The notes below the pieces were generated by a model. The model was not told the origin of the DNA, ran no database searches, and saw only the letters and a program-made list of their open reading frames with translations. The position numbers and the translations under genes were made by a program. From positions 34,522,388 to 34,586,387 of the forward strand of contig NC_092670.1 of NCBI RefSeq assembly GCF_964355755.1: DNA of 64,000 nt, given 5' to 3'. Within the stretch, counting starts at the first letter, position 1; each line of letters starts with the position of its first letter. This DNA comes from Antedon mediterranea. Taxonomy: Eukaryota > Animalia > Echinodermata. Of this stretch, positions 24,416 through 36,190 are shown piece by piece.

Positions 24416-25273
24416 ACCAGGCCGGCCGGCCACACACACACGCAACCGCGATCGACAGTGACTACTTCGCACATGCAGCTAAAGTAAATTGACGTCACGT
24501 AAAGTGGGTCGTCACAGAGTCTCATGCACATTAATGAAGCAAACTTGTTGAGAGTGTTTTCCCAGTACCACACGCATTGTACAAAATAATACAACTCCAA
24601 CAAGTACTGGTCAATAAAATATTAATATATCACGAAGACTCATTTTGATGTTAATATTACGCTTTTAAGATAATTAAGAATAAATAGTTTTCGTTTGTGT
24701 TTTATATTTCTTATTCACTCGCGAAAACATCATAACATACACCACGAACAAACTACGACGTCGGAATGTCCATGCAGCATGTTTGTTATTGCACGATATT
24801 TTCATCTATACACATGCGCAATTTGTTTGTTTGTTTGTAATTACAATTACTGCATGCATAAAATAATTTCTCCTTAGTCAGGCGCGTGTACATTTACAGA
24901 TAACGCGATTTACAACTACTCGTCTGTACAATTAATAAGCACCTAACAGATAACTCGTTTTAATTTATTCGAGTGACCAAAAAAACATCGTTGATGGCAA
25001 GTAACGCTACATCGCTGTCATTTATTATAGGCTGGCGAAGTCGTTGTGGTTTAGATAAATAATAATAATAATAATAATAATAGATATTCTAGGTCAAAGT
25101 TGGGGGTCGACTTATACTTGGGGTCGACCTATACTCCGGAAAATACGGAAATTCTAAATCTGATTTTATTAATCTTCATTTTTCATGTTTTGGGGACAAT
25201 ACATCTTTAAGAGGAAACTTTTTTTGGTCTGGTTTGGTGTCCCCTTGATAGTTCTAATATTAATGAATCTTAC

Positions 25274-27282
25274 CAGTGTTTGTGTGTTGTCAGAATTGCC
25301 TTTAAATTAACACCTTCAGTCTCTATAACAGCCTGTAGAAAAACAAAATAAATATCATAATTTTATATTGCTTTTGCACAGACTTTAAATTCCTTATGCT
25401 CTTTGGAATAACTGCCTCATTTAAATACTAAAGTAGGGTCTTCATATAAGCACACTATATAGCTGTTTTGAATTAAGTACATTCAAATACTAGAAAGCCA
25501 CTCCGAGAATGCATACCTACTGCAAAATTCTCCTACACAAGATTTCTCCAAGAAAATATATGTGTGTGTCTTATTGCTGTGTGTGATTAAGGCTTATTTC
25601 ACTACAAGCATGTGTATGCGAATTTGGTGTAATGGTTATGTATACCAGCCTTTCAACTAACAATAGATTATGTTGACTAACAATAGAACAGCAACGCCAA
25701 AAACAAACGGGTGAATTTGAAAAGAAATTAAATCACTTTATGTTTTAAAATTACAAATCACAAATTATAACGCTTGCCTCTTGTACAAAAATGAAGTTTT
25801 TTGGACAAGTAGCTCTCGAGAAAATTTCAGCTTACTTGTTACTTTAAGACTGCTCGCTGGCTTTTGAAAAATTCTTTCCTATCTTTAAACACTAGCAGGT
25901 CTGAAAAGTATACTAAAAATTGGTCCAGAATTGGAACCATGGTCCCAAAATTTAATGGAATTGTCCTTGCCTGTTCATATAAGCACACTATTCAAAATAG
26001 GTATGTGCTTCATCTAAATCATTAAAGAAATCAAAATTTTATTCTAACAACCACTTATGAAGATTGGTTACCTGGACAACACTAGCATCTGAAGGGTCAA
26101 CGACCACTGCTGTTTTGGACTCGTCATCTACTATCAGGTAAGAATAATTATCTTCTATAAGGGCAATTGGAACGATTTGAAGACCTATAAAAAACATAAA
26201 ACTTTTAAAAAGAAAGTCATATTAAAGCTTTTTGCATTACATTTACACGTTTAAGGGCGTGTGGTGCCGTGTGTTGGACGTTCGACTACTGATCGTGGGA
26301 TCGAGAAACAACTTTGCGCTGATTACTAGCTGCATTATGGGAGATGTTAGTTTCCATAAGTGTTTGAACAAGGAAAAATGACTGGGGTAATAATGTTCAG
26401 CGCTATATAAATCCAGGATATTATTATTAACTAACTTATCATTGGAACGTACCATTACACACGTGAGGGGTTGTTATTGAGTGACCATTAGAAAACAGTG
26501 CCTTGGCTTTCTCAATGTTCCGTTTGTGATAATAATAACCAAGTCTTGTGTTGGAGTAGAAATAGTACCTGAAAAACAAAAACAAGTATAAATAGATTAT
26601 ACACTGTACACCAATCCAGGTATCTCTTTAAAATCATTTTGAACGTAGAGGGCGCTAAAGCTAAATTTTTGTAATTTTTTCATAATTAAATAATGAAAAT
26701 CCATGAATTAACAAAATAAAATCAAAGAATTTATGATTGGCAAGTACTAAGTAGGCCTAGTAGAGTTCGAAAATATTACCCTAGTTTAGATTTAGGCCTA
26801 GTGTTAGCCTAGTCTTAATTAATGGTAGTAAGCCTAGGCCTAGTAGGCCACAACAAATCTGGTCACCTAGCTAGCCTAGGCCTAGCTAGCTAGTACTGTA
26901 GGCCTATAAGTATAACTATAAAGTATAAGTATATGTTATGCGAATTATGCATAGCCATAGGCCTAATTGCATACTGTACAAAATATTAGTATTACTTGTT
27001 CTCTACTCAGCCGGGCCCCAGCCGCCAGTGCAATGGGCCTAGGCCCCAGCCAGTCACTATATAATGGCCAGCTAGCTAGAGGCCCCTACTAGGCCTAGGC
27101 CTATACTTATTAGGCTAAAGTAGAAGCCGAGAGGTGCCTAGCCTACATTATACAACAAGTTTGAGGTTCATTTAGTCAATTCAGATCTGCTGCCGGTAGC
27201 TTTTGTCATAAGTAGGCGCTACTTTATTTACAACTACAACTTACCCCATTCTAAACAGAACCCCTCCTGCTTTTGTTGACAT
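25274..27282 (-). CDS. PNKD: PNKD-like hydrolase (glyoxalase II / metallo-beta-lactamase fold), 5' exons 1-4 only
   Basis: Exons 27282-27245, 26568-26453, 26184-26072 and 25332-25274, all GT-AG with matching phases. They translate MSTKAGGVLFRMG-YYFYSNTRLGYYYHKRNIEKAKALFSNGHSITTPHVCNG-LQIVPIALIEDNYSYLIVDDESKTAVVVDPSDASVVQ-AVIETEGVNLKAILTTHKHW, matching PNKD and the start of the THxHxDH metal motif. In-frame stop upstream of the ATG. Confidence 0.9.
26253..26428 (+). mobile_element. Degenerate tRNA-derived SINE-like element in PNKD intron 2
   Basis: tRNA-like head (GGGCGTGTGGTGCCGTGTGTTGGACGTTCGACT...) and LINE-like tail AGCGCTATATAAAT...TATTATTATT. Other tRNA-head remnants on the minus strand at ~8375-8435, ~38690-38760 and ~58900-58970. 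Confidence 0.5.
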
Positions 27283-27393
27283 ATTGTAGATGGATGAATT
27301 TGCTAGGCCTCTTTTTCGACAAACACAACATCAACAAACGATGTCGTATTGTCGTCGTCCGTACTTTTTGCAATTTGTCTTGTTTATAATTAT

Positions 27394-27457
27394 GCCGCCC
27401 TCTTTCGTCGGATAATATTGACTTTTTTGTTTTGTCTCTGACCGGAAGAGGGCGGTC
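27394..27457 (-). promoter_or_regulatory. Putative PNKD promoter elements (ETS CCGGAAG and an inverted pair of AGAGGGCGG boxes)
   Basis: GCCGCCCTCT near 27394 and ACCGGAAGAGGGCGG near 27441, in a CpG-richer patch 110-175 bp upstream of the PNKD ATG. Confidence 0.4.
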
Positions 27458-28440
27458 ATCATTGTTGGTGTCAATTTAATTCATTGTTTTTAAATCAACA
27501 GTAGGGTACAGTATACTTTTTTTAATCTGCAAATGCTTATAATTTATACCTCCATGATTTGTGCACAATGACACTTAATTATTCCACGACCATGTCATTG
27601 ATTGAAAACCTTCTCTTGAATAAAATCTTCATAATCCGACTCTACTAGCAAGTCTCAATTAATTTTTACACAACAAAAGACAAATAGAGTAATAATTTTC
27701 AATTTCCTGTACAATTGCACAATTTAATCCAAAAAATCATGGACATTGGAAATATACAGAATGAAAACAAAACAGAAATGTATTAATGCTGAAAAATTGT
27801 TTTCTAACCTAAATATCATACCAGACAATATTTTCTAATTTTATAGTTACAACAGTAAGACTATCGCAACTGTTATGGACATTTTTTATACAGTAGTTTA
27901 AAACAAATAAATTAAGTATATGAAATTTACATTTTTCTTTGTTCATCCCATAAACAATATGAGAACTGTGTATCCCAATATTACAGTACAGTACATTGCA
28001 ATCAGTGGTAGTGGTGCACTCCCTTGAGAACCTGGCTTCCTCGTCAAATGGGGAGCTATCACAACAACAGACTTAGTAGTGCACATGCCAGTGTATACAT
28101 TACACTTTCGTAATCTTTGGAGTCATACAGTAGTACCTTTCCTCCACCATGTAATTAATTATAGTCTGGGTTACAGACGGAGTTTTTACTTAATATTAGT
28201 AAAAAGATAAATATTTTGGCACATATAGTGTTTCATACGTATACTACTTGAGCTTGAATTTCAGACACCGAAAGGTCTTGAAATAACTACAGACTTTGGC
28301 CATGGGCTTGTCTAAATTAAACCAGTGCACATCAACATATTAGTAAAGTACACTGGAGGAACCTCCATTTTACTGTCATTACAAACGATATTTCATGACA
28401 TGGCATGAGCCTATGCAGGTAGCATGTATAACAAACATAA

Positions 28441-28772
28441 ACATACTCAGAAACTTGTGAGCACACTCAGAAACTTGTGAGCATACTCAGAAACTTGTGA
28501 GCACACTCAGAAACGTATGAGTACACTCAGAAACTTGTGAGTACACTCAGAAACTTGCGAGTGCACTCAGAAACTTGCGAGTGCAATCAGAAACTTGTGA
28601 GTGCAATCAGAAACTTGTGAGTGCAATCAGAAACTTGTGAGCGCACTCAGAAACGTGTGAGCGCACTCACAAACTAGTGAGCGCACTCACAAACTTGTGA
28701 GCGCACTCAGAAACTTGTGAACGCACTCAGAAACTTGTGAGCCCACTCACAAAACTTGTGAGCATACTCAGA
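28441..28772. repeat. 20-bp tandem repeat (GCACACTCAGAAACTTGTGA), about 16 copies
   Basis: Direct head-to-tail copies with no spacers. Confidence 0.95.
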
Positions 28773-30852
28773 ATGTAACTGCATAGTCTCATGTATTCCT
28801 TAATGTTACCAAACCAGTATAAAAAGGGATACAAATCCAGTTTCTATGTTCTTTTATACTTAATTTTAAAAACGATAAAATCATGTTTACATGATATTCA
28901 TTAAAAAAAAAAAAATCTCTCTCCAAGTTTGTAATACAAACAAACACCACACAGCAACCCAAAAAAGCCTCTTAATAAATCTGAAAGTACTGTTTAAAAT
29001 ATGTGACTGCCCATTGAATTGTTTAAATAAATTAAAGCTGTGTATTAAAACTGAGTTCAGAATGTTAAACACTTTATATAGTCATCAAAACAATACATTT
29101 GTGTATCTAAATAATTAATGGGGAGGTGGGTGGAGGTGTGCTTAGATACTGAATACAGTGTCTACTTAAAAGATGTGTCTACTTGTGGGGTGAAAAGAAC
29201 ATGGCTATTTGATGAAAATGTAAAGACATGTACGCAGAACATAGTCCTAATGTATAGAAATCCTACATACATTTTCATTCCATTTTTTCCCCTTTTAGTA
29301 TAGAATAGAACTAATTTAAAATATTATTACCGTAATATGAATAGTAACCTCCTACAGAAAATGATCTCAAGTTCTTTAACAATTTAAATAATCCCAACAA
29401 ATAATTTACCCTGTTCGATTTCTTATTAAAAATAATATAATTGTTAAACAATTATTTTTTTTACAGATATAAATTTGTATTTACAATCAACTTATGCTGT
29501 CGTTATTTAAAAATGATTAAGAAAATTTGACCTTTATCAAATAAATACTGTATTAAATTATACATTCACTGTATTTTTATGTAGGAAAAATTTACACTAC
29601 AGCTTATCTAATGGGAAGTAGATGATGGTTCAAGAGAACAAAAATGCCTACACCAAAAAAAAACATAATATATTTCTCCCAGATTAATTTTTGTAAACAA
29701 AATATGGGTAGGTTTAATTTTAAAAGGATATTCCAATACGAGAGAACAATATTTCAAATATGTGTTAATTACTGTAAACTGGAAGACTAATTGTTTTGTC
29801 TTAATTACTGTATAAAAGAAAAAAAATTAAGTTAAATTGTTAAATCCGTCAAAATGGCATGGACAATTTTAATACCATGGGAAAGTGTACCAAGTATTAA
29901 TTATTCTCCAGGCATGGTATATAGGCCTCCTTGCAGTGGTGTAACGCAGAGACCCACTGGTTTAGGGAGGCCTCGGTTTTTTCCCTCTGTCCCCTTAAGC
30001 TCTTGGGCCCTGGATTTAGCTAGTGAGCGCTCATATAGCAATTACAGTACGTCACTGGTGGCTTGTCTGCACAAAATAGGCGAAACTGCACAAATTTTAT
30101 TGTATTCTAGAAACTTCAAAGGAAACCTTTAGGACCCAACAGCCCTAACCCTTAACTCCATATAGTTGCAGTCTGCAAATCATTTTTACGGTTTGCCAAA
30201 ATTAAGCCCATGACTCGTTGATTGAAGGCTAGGTGGTGTACTACTGCAACCAAATATGAAGGCTACAAGAGTAAGCAGTAAAATAACCTTGACATAGTAA
30301 ATATTAAATTATGAAATAAACATAGGTAAACTTTAAGTATACAGTAAAATGTAAAGAGAGAAAATCAGTAACAAATCCTCTCTTACTTCCGAGTTCTTTC
30401 TTATCTCAACCTTAAGCACACATACCAGTTTTGAGAATCCTTTAAAGTTCGCAAAACTCACCAGATTAACTCGATAAATGACTTTCATAGTAGAATATGA
30501 CAAACATCATTGAACATTTTCTTATCAGCAACATCCAAAACACCAGCTTACTGTACATATTCTGGACTGTATGAAGTTGAGTAGAATCTTCATTTAAAAC
30601 CATGTTTTTAAAGTTCTTTTTAAACTCCGCGTCTGTAGTTCTCTGTAAAAATTCAAGGTTCTCTTTCAGCTTTGAAAGCTCTTAAACCGCATTGTCCTCT
30701 CTACTAATCCGTTTGTAAGTTCTCCATTTTTTTATGACGTAGTAGAAGCGACGTCAAAACCATAAGAGCCAAGTATATCCATATATTAAGAGGTTTATTG
30801 TAATTGGCTCATTCATTATAAGCAGAGTTTCAATCATCTATATTTCAAGTTT

Positions 30853-33564
30853 TTAATCTACATGTTTCTTCTTCCACTGTTCCTCATACTGAAAAAAAAG
30901 TAATTTATTGTTTACAGGTGGTAATCAATAAAGTTAATGTGACGATATGATACTGGTCATCACAGCAGCTGGTTTTAAGCAGGTTAGGTACCGTATTGTA
31001 CACCACTGTAACACATGGACATAGCATTCTAACACGATGCCGAGCTCCAGAGAACAAAGGGTTTATCTGTAGCTGCGACACGTATCAGTTCCACATCCCT
31101 TTACAGATAAAGAGAATAATGTACAGCAACCACTCATGGATTTGCAACTAAGCAAAGACATTCACCCAAGAAAGGTCTAGACAGGGTTTAATTAAAAAAT
31201 ATTTTGTTATGCTCATACTAAAAACCGCCCTACACATTTTAGAATTTAAATCAATCCATCAATCAATGAATTGTAGGTCAGGTATGAGCAATCAACAATT
31301 TTTAAACAAACAATATTTAACATTTCTTATATTATTAGCTGATGATAGTCCAGACATAATTGTTTGTGTGTGAACATAAATAACTTTTCTATTATCAGGA
31401 GTATACTTTTGTGTGTGAACAACAATCATTTATGATATCTGGAGTATATCTCCGACTGCCGCCAGCTGTACCAGCTTTCACAATTGAATAATCAGTCGCG
31501 TGCAATTATACAATAATTCTATCAGATAAAACCCTAGAATTAATAATTAGTTTTTATCACTCACCACAGCCAGCTGTCTGCCAATGTTGCCAACCGTAAC
31601 ACCACCGGAGAAGAAGACGCACGGAAGCCAGGATCTTGAGTACATTATTTCTTTATGTAATGGCCTAAAAAAATACAATTTTTAAATAATACTTAAAAAC
31701 ACAAAAAGATATATTGGTCTATCATTAAAGCTCTGTCTAAGTAAAAAAGTGTGATGTGCCCAAATATGGTAGTGATATGACCAAATATGGTAGTGATGAC
31801 ATCATCATGTCCATATATATATATAAATCCAATATGCAAATTACTGAAAAAATGACAATGCTATATATATATACATGTCTTATACAAGCACATCACATTT
31901 TTTGTCACATAAAGTTTGATAGTGTAGATCGAGCTTAAGATGAGCTTTAACAATTTTAGAGACTCAGGTGGATGGAGATGAATGATTGCTCAGAGTGGTT
32001 AAAGGCTACAGCAGCAATGACCTTGGCATAATCCCACTGTCCCTAGTAGACGCCCAAAGGTCCGTTCAGACTTAAGTTCTGTCTACACTATCAAAGTTTA
32101 TGTGATTAAAAAAAAAATGTCATATCACTACCATATTTAATCATGTCACTATCATATTTGGGCATATCACACTTTTTTGTCAAACTAGTTTGATAGTGTA
32201 GACATGGCTTTAGTTATTTAAGTTAGTGACCCACCCACCAAGTTAGCAATACTAAAGTCTAAGCCTGAGCGGAAGCATCATTTACAGCTCAATTAAAAAA
32301 CAATAGATAAGCAAGTGGACACAATGAAATATGTGAACTGAAAATGGGTTATCTTGGGTAGCAACTAGATAATATTGATTATGCAATCTTAACATTGCAT
32401 TCCGTAAGTGCATTGAACCAGAAAGACAATATATGAAAACCGGTTATCTTAAGACACATATTGATATAAGTACTTCACCCAACATCACATGACATAACAT
32501 TGAATCATAACAAAACAAGGACAATTCATATTTCGTTTTATATTAATTTCATTACCATTTTTATTCGAATAAACACCCCTTAGAATGAAAAGCATAATCT
32601 TACCTATTAACATCTGCATAAACTATGAGCTGTGTGAAAAGTGAAACAAGAACAGCCACGCCCAAACCGAGCCCAAGACCACTCCTTGACCGATCAAATA
32701 ACCACCACATGCCTACAGACATCGCAGCTATCGTCATAGAAAACTGTAAATTGTTTCCGAAATCAATTTTCTGTTATTGTAGGAGTTAAGGAAATAAGCA
32801 AAAACGAATTAACCAATTTTTTTTATACAATTATTTGTAGGAGCACTCTAACAACATGTTAAAGCGGCATTAACAGTGGTGACTCCAAGTCATTTGCTGT
32901 TGGGGCAGAACCAGGATTTTTAAACAGGGAAGATACTAGACATAAAATTAATGGATACAAAACATTAGTTCATTAATTCTTTTTAGCTGACAAAATGGGG
33001 GACGCTCGCCCGACCCTTGATTCATACCAGAAGCTTTGACATCGTAAACAAATATTATTGTATTCTAAATGTTAAAAAAAGGATACAGCGCACGCATGAT
33101 TGATTCCAACAAAGACCGCTACGCATCTCATTACACTTGACCACTCCTTCTTGAAGTGTTTTGGCTCACCTAACCTCAAGTCCAAGCATGGGCAAAGGAT
33201 GCCAACACAAACTATATAAAGAAATAAAAAAAGGTTATGTAACTGGCACATTGAGCCAGTAAAAGTTCTCATTTTAAACTGAACATATAAAGATTATATC
33301 AATTTAAAAAGAATTTTACTTGCCAAATAAATGTCATTTTTAAAGTAAAAGCCTACCTGCAGCTAATCCGCATGATGCTGGAACCCACCATTCTGGTAGC
33401 CACCAATTTTGCGCAAATAGATTGGCAATTACTTCTGGTGACAAGATAGTGACTCTTCTCTGGATGGCCATAACATTGAGAATAGTTGCTAAAATTACAC
33501 CGATTGCGAAAAGTATGACAGCGCGCAGCACAAGACCACGTGAACTCTTCAGCGTCACTACCAT
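30853..33564 (-). CDS. INSIG: Insulin-induced gene protein (INSIG), 211 aa, 5 coding exons
   Basis: Exons 33564-33357, 33211-33087, 32770-32604, 31664-31565 and 30888-30853 total 636 nt in frame. Motifs [45 protein letters not shown] and [24 protein letters not shown]-terminal KKHVD is a KxHxx-type ER retrieval motif. Non-coding upstream exon with donor at 34183 and acceptor at 33710. Confidence 0.96.
31729..32209. mobile_element. MITE family A, two copies in an INSIG intron (31729-31935, 32075-32209)
   Basis: Same TIR and core; TAA and TTA target duplications respectively. Confidence 0.82.
32771..33086 (-). other. U12-type (minor spliceosome) GT-AG intron in INSIG
   Basis: 5' splice site GTATCCTTT. 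Branch point TTCCTTAAC at 32793-32785, 12 nt upstream of the AG, with no strong polypyrimidine tract. Confidence 0.92.
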
Positions 33565-34432
33565 GATTACGTTTTTATTGCACAATATAGTAAATAAATG
33601 GGAAAATTCAGAAGCAGGTCTCTTTATTAATATTGCAGTTTCTTCATATATCTATTGTATTTGAGGATATCTTGGTTGTAACTCGTTCACTACAAGTTTT
33701 TAGTGTAACCTGTAAGAATAAAAACAAGTAATTTTGGAGTTATGTATTACACCATGTTTAAAATGTTCACCAGCACGGACGGCCAACCGTGGGTTGAGTT
33801 GTCTTGTTTTGTATCAAAAAGGCAAAGTGTGCCGCTCTATTTTGCAACGTCAATCGACGACAAACAATGATATACGGTACGGTATCTCTATCTGTGCCGA
33901 TAGAACATTTAAATTTCATGTTACATACAATTAACAATTAAACATTAAAAGACACCTCCCCTCCCCCTCCATTTTTTGTTGAGAATAGGCTATGCCCTAC
34001 CTACCCTGCTGCTGTATGACAGTCAAGTGGCCATGTACTGGTACAGGTCAAGGAAATTAACTATAGTATTGGTAGGCCCTACGACGTACGTAAGAAGCAA
34101 GGTCAATACAAAACACTGCAGAGCAGCAGCGCAATGCAAGACAATCTAAAATTAAAGAGCTCATCAACAACAAGCAGGCTTACCCTTCTAAAGTTGACAC
34201 TATCTCTCCCCGTTAATTAATATTGCTGACAAATATCATATGACCACCTTCTTCAGTAACTAATAAACTTATGGAATAATTTACAATAACCATCTCTAAC
34301 CATCTCCGTCAATTTTATGGTACGATTTAGAACAGACATCTCCTCGCGGGAGAAAAGGTGGGCTAGACATGAATCAGCTGACCTACCGATCGAAAGATAT
34401 TTCTGAAGAAGCGATGTACGCATGTGCCGACA

Positions 34433-34493
34433 GTGAGGTGATGAATTATTCAACCAATCAATGACCAGAATGATGGTACGCTTGATTGATTGG
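34433..34493 (-). promoter_or_regulatory. Putative INSIG promoter: sterol regulatory element plus two CCAAT (NF-Y) boxes
   Basis: ATCACCTCAC on the minus strand (34442-34433), CCAAT at 34454-34458 and ATTGG at 34489-34493, about 250 bp upstream of the first INSIG donor. Confidence 0.6.
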
Positions 34494-36190
34494 TGGCATG
34501 TTGGACTGCTGTTATGAATCGTACGACCAACTTTCTAATCTAGGCCTATCTATTTTACTACGCCATACATGTTCTTATTATTGTTTTGTCGTTCTTTATC
34601 GAATTGAACAAAAGATAGCAAACGTATGATAGTTCACCGATGATAAGGGATACTATACGACAGTGTACAATAACAATAATAACAATCAAATCTACATCAT
34701 AGGCCAAATTCTATATATCGTACAGTATTTATAGTACAGTACTGAAGGCCCTACACGCACGCAGATCTAACTTTTTTCAAGGCAAATTCATTCGTCAAAA
34801 TAAGAACAAAATAAATATCAAACGAATCAATGAACAACATATTTATGATTGTAAACTTTGATAAACAACGAACTCTTGCATGTATGACATGATATCGTAC
34901 GATAGACGCTATTTACCGACACAAAGGCAGTGAAAGAATTAAGCACGCTCATTGGTCGAAACTTTTAAGAATCGAACTTAATCCGATTTTTAACAGTGAA
35001 AACCAATATAATACATTTCTTTTCCTTTCTTCTTTATTGTCATGTGTCAGTCCTATCTACATTCTAGTGTGTCTGTGATTTCACATTTAATATTTTCATT
35101 GGCATGTTTTTTATTTCAAAAGATACAATAAAATAAAGCTAGTAGTAGTACTGGTAGTAGTTAATGTTGCCACTTACAGTATTTGAAAATTGAAATTTGA
35201 TAGAACGTTTCCGACCTTCACGCCAAAACGTTTATGACATAAATTGACAAGAAAATATGAAAGCTAACATTTGATTGACAAGTGACTTTCTACTAGAATA
35301 TCGGTAGGCTTGTTCCAAAAAACTTTACGAGAATAAAATTACTGCATATCATGCCGTGGTGGAACTTTTATTATTGGATGGATTCTGATAGAATAAAATA
35401 TCTGTTTCCGTCATCTGTAGTGGTACTTTTATCTTTTATTATTGGATGGATTCTGATCCGGAGAGCTGAGTTTGTTATTTTTACTGGTCAAAACTGGCTT
35501 GTGAATTAAGCCTCTGAACCTGATTGTGATAGAATGAAATATCTGTTTGCCGCCCTCTGTAGTAGGATTAATCAATTGTTTACGCTTGAGTGCCTCTCTT
35601 TTGAATAGCAGCACAGTAGGATGATTGAGGATGTTGTGCGGTGTTTTTGTCCGGTGGTACGTACAGGTGTAAACTATAAGAACACAATTTCCGATTTTTG
35701 TCATATTATATGAATGCTTTTCAATTTAAAAGTGAGTATACGCTTATGTTATAAAAAGACATTTTATTATAATATAGACAGCCCTATCTTTTAAATAAGA
35801 CGATAAGTAAGTGAGAGGCAGATAGGGTGAGATGATGACAAGCGATATTGGAAAGGTGTGAGATGGGTGTGTGTTATGTTATGTATTGTTTTGATACGCA
35901 TCAACAGTTTTATAATCCATTCCTAGCTTTTCTGGGACTATGCTTGTTTTGAAAAAAACATATGATCAAAACTGCTCTAAATACCCCATGAGTCTGTGTG
36001 TTCAAAAAATAGGATAGGTTTTATGCTATGCAATTTGTTTAAACCATCCTCGGTAAAAAAATTTATATAAGAAAATGACCTACTTGTTAGTATATAGTGG
36101 TAAAATAGCAGAAAAAAACTAATTATTATTGATATTCTGAATTTCTTTTCAGGTTGAATCACGAGTTGTAAATGACAAGGAGGCTTCACA

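Noticed and set aside
28441-28772. Regularly spaced repeats resembling a CRISPR array (also 63600-63897 and 12719-13600)
   Set aside because: Units are head-to-tail with no unique spacers, there are no cas genes, and the context is eukaryotic.
30467-30720. Open stretch on the minus strand after the INSIG stop (ELSKLKENLEFLQRTT...)
   Set aside because: Separated from the INSIG frame by several stops, with no convincing acceptor or recognised homology. Treated as 3' UTR.
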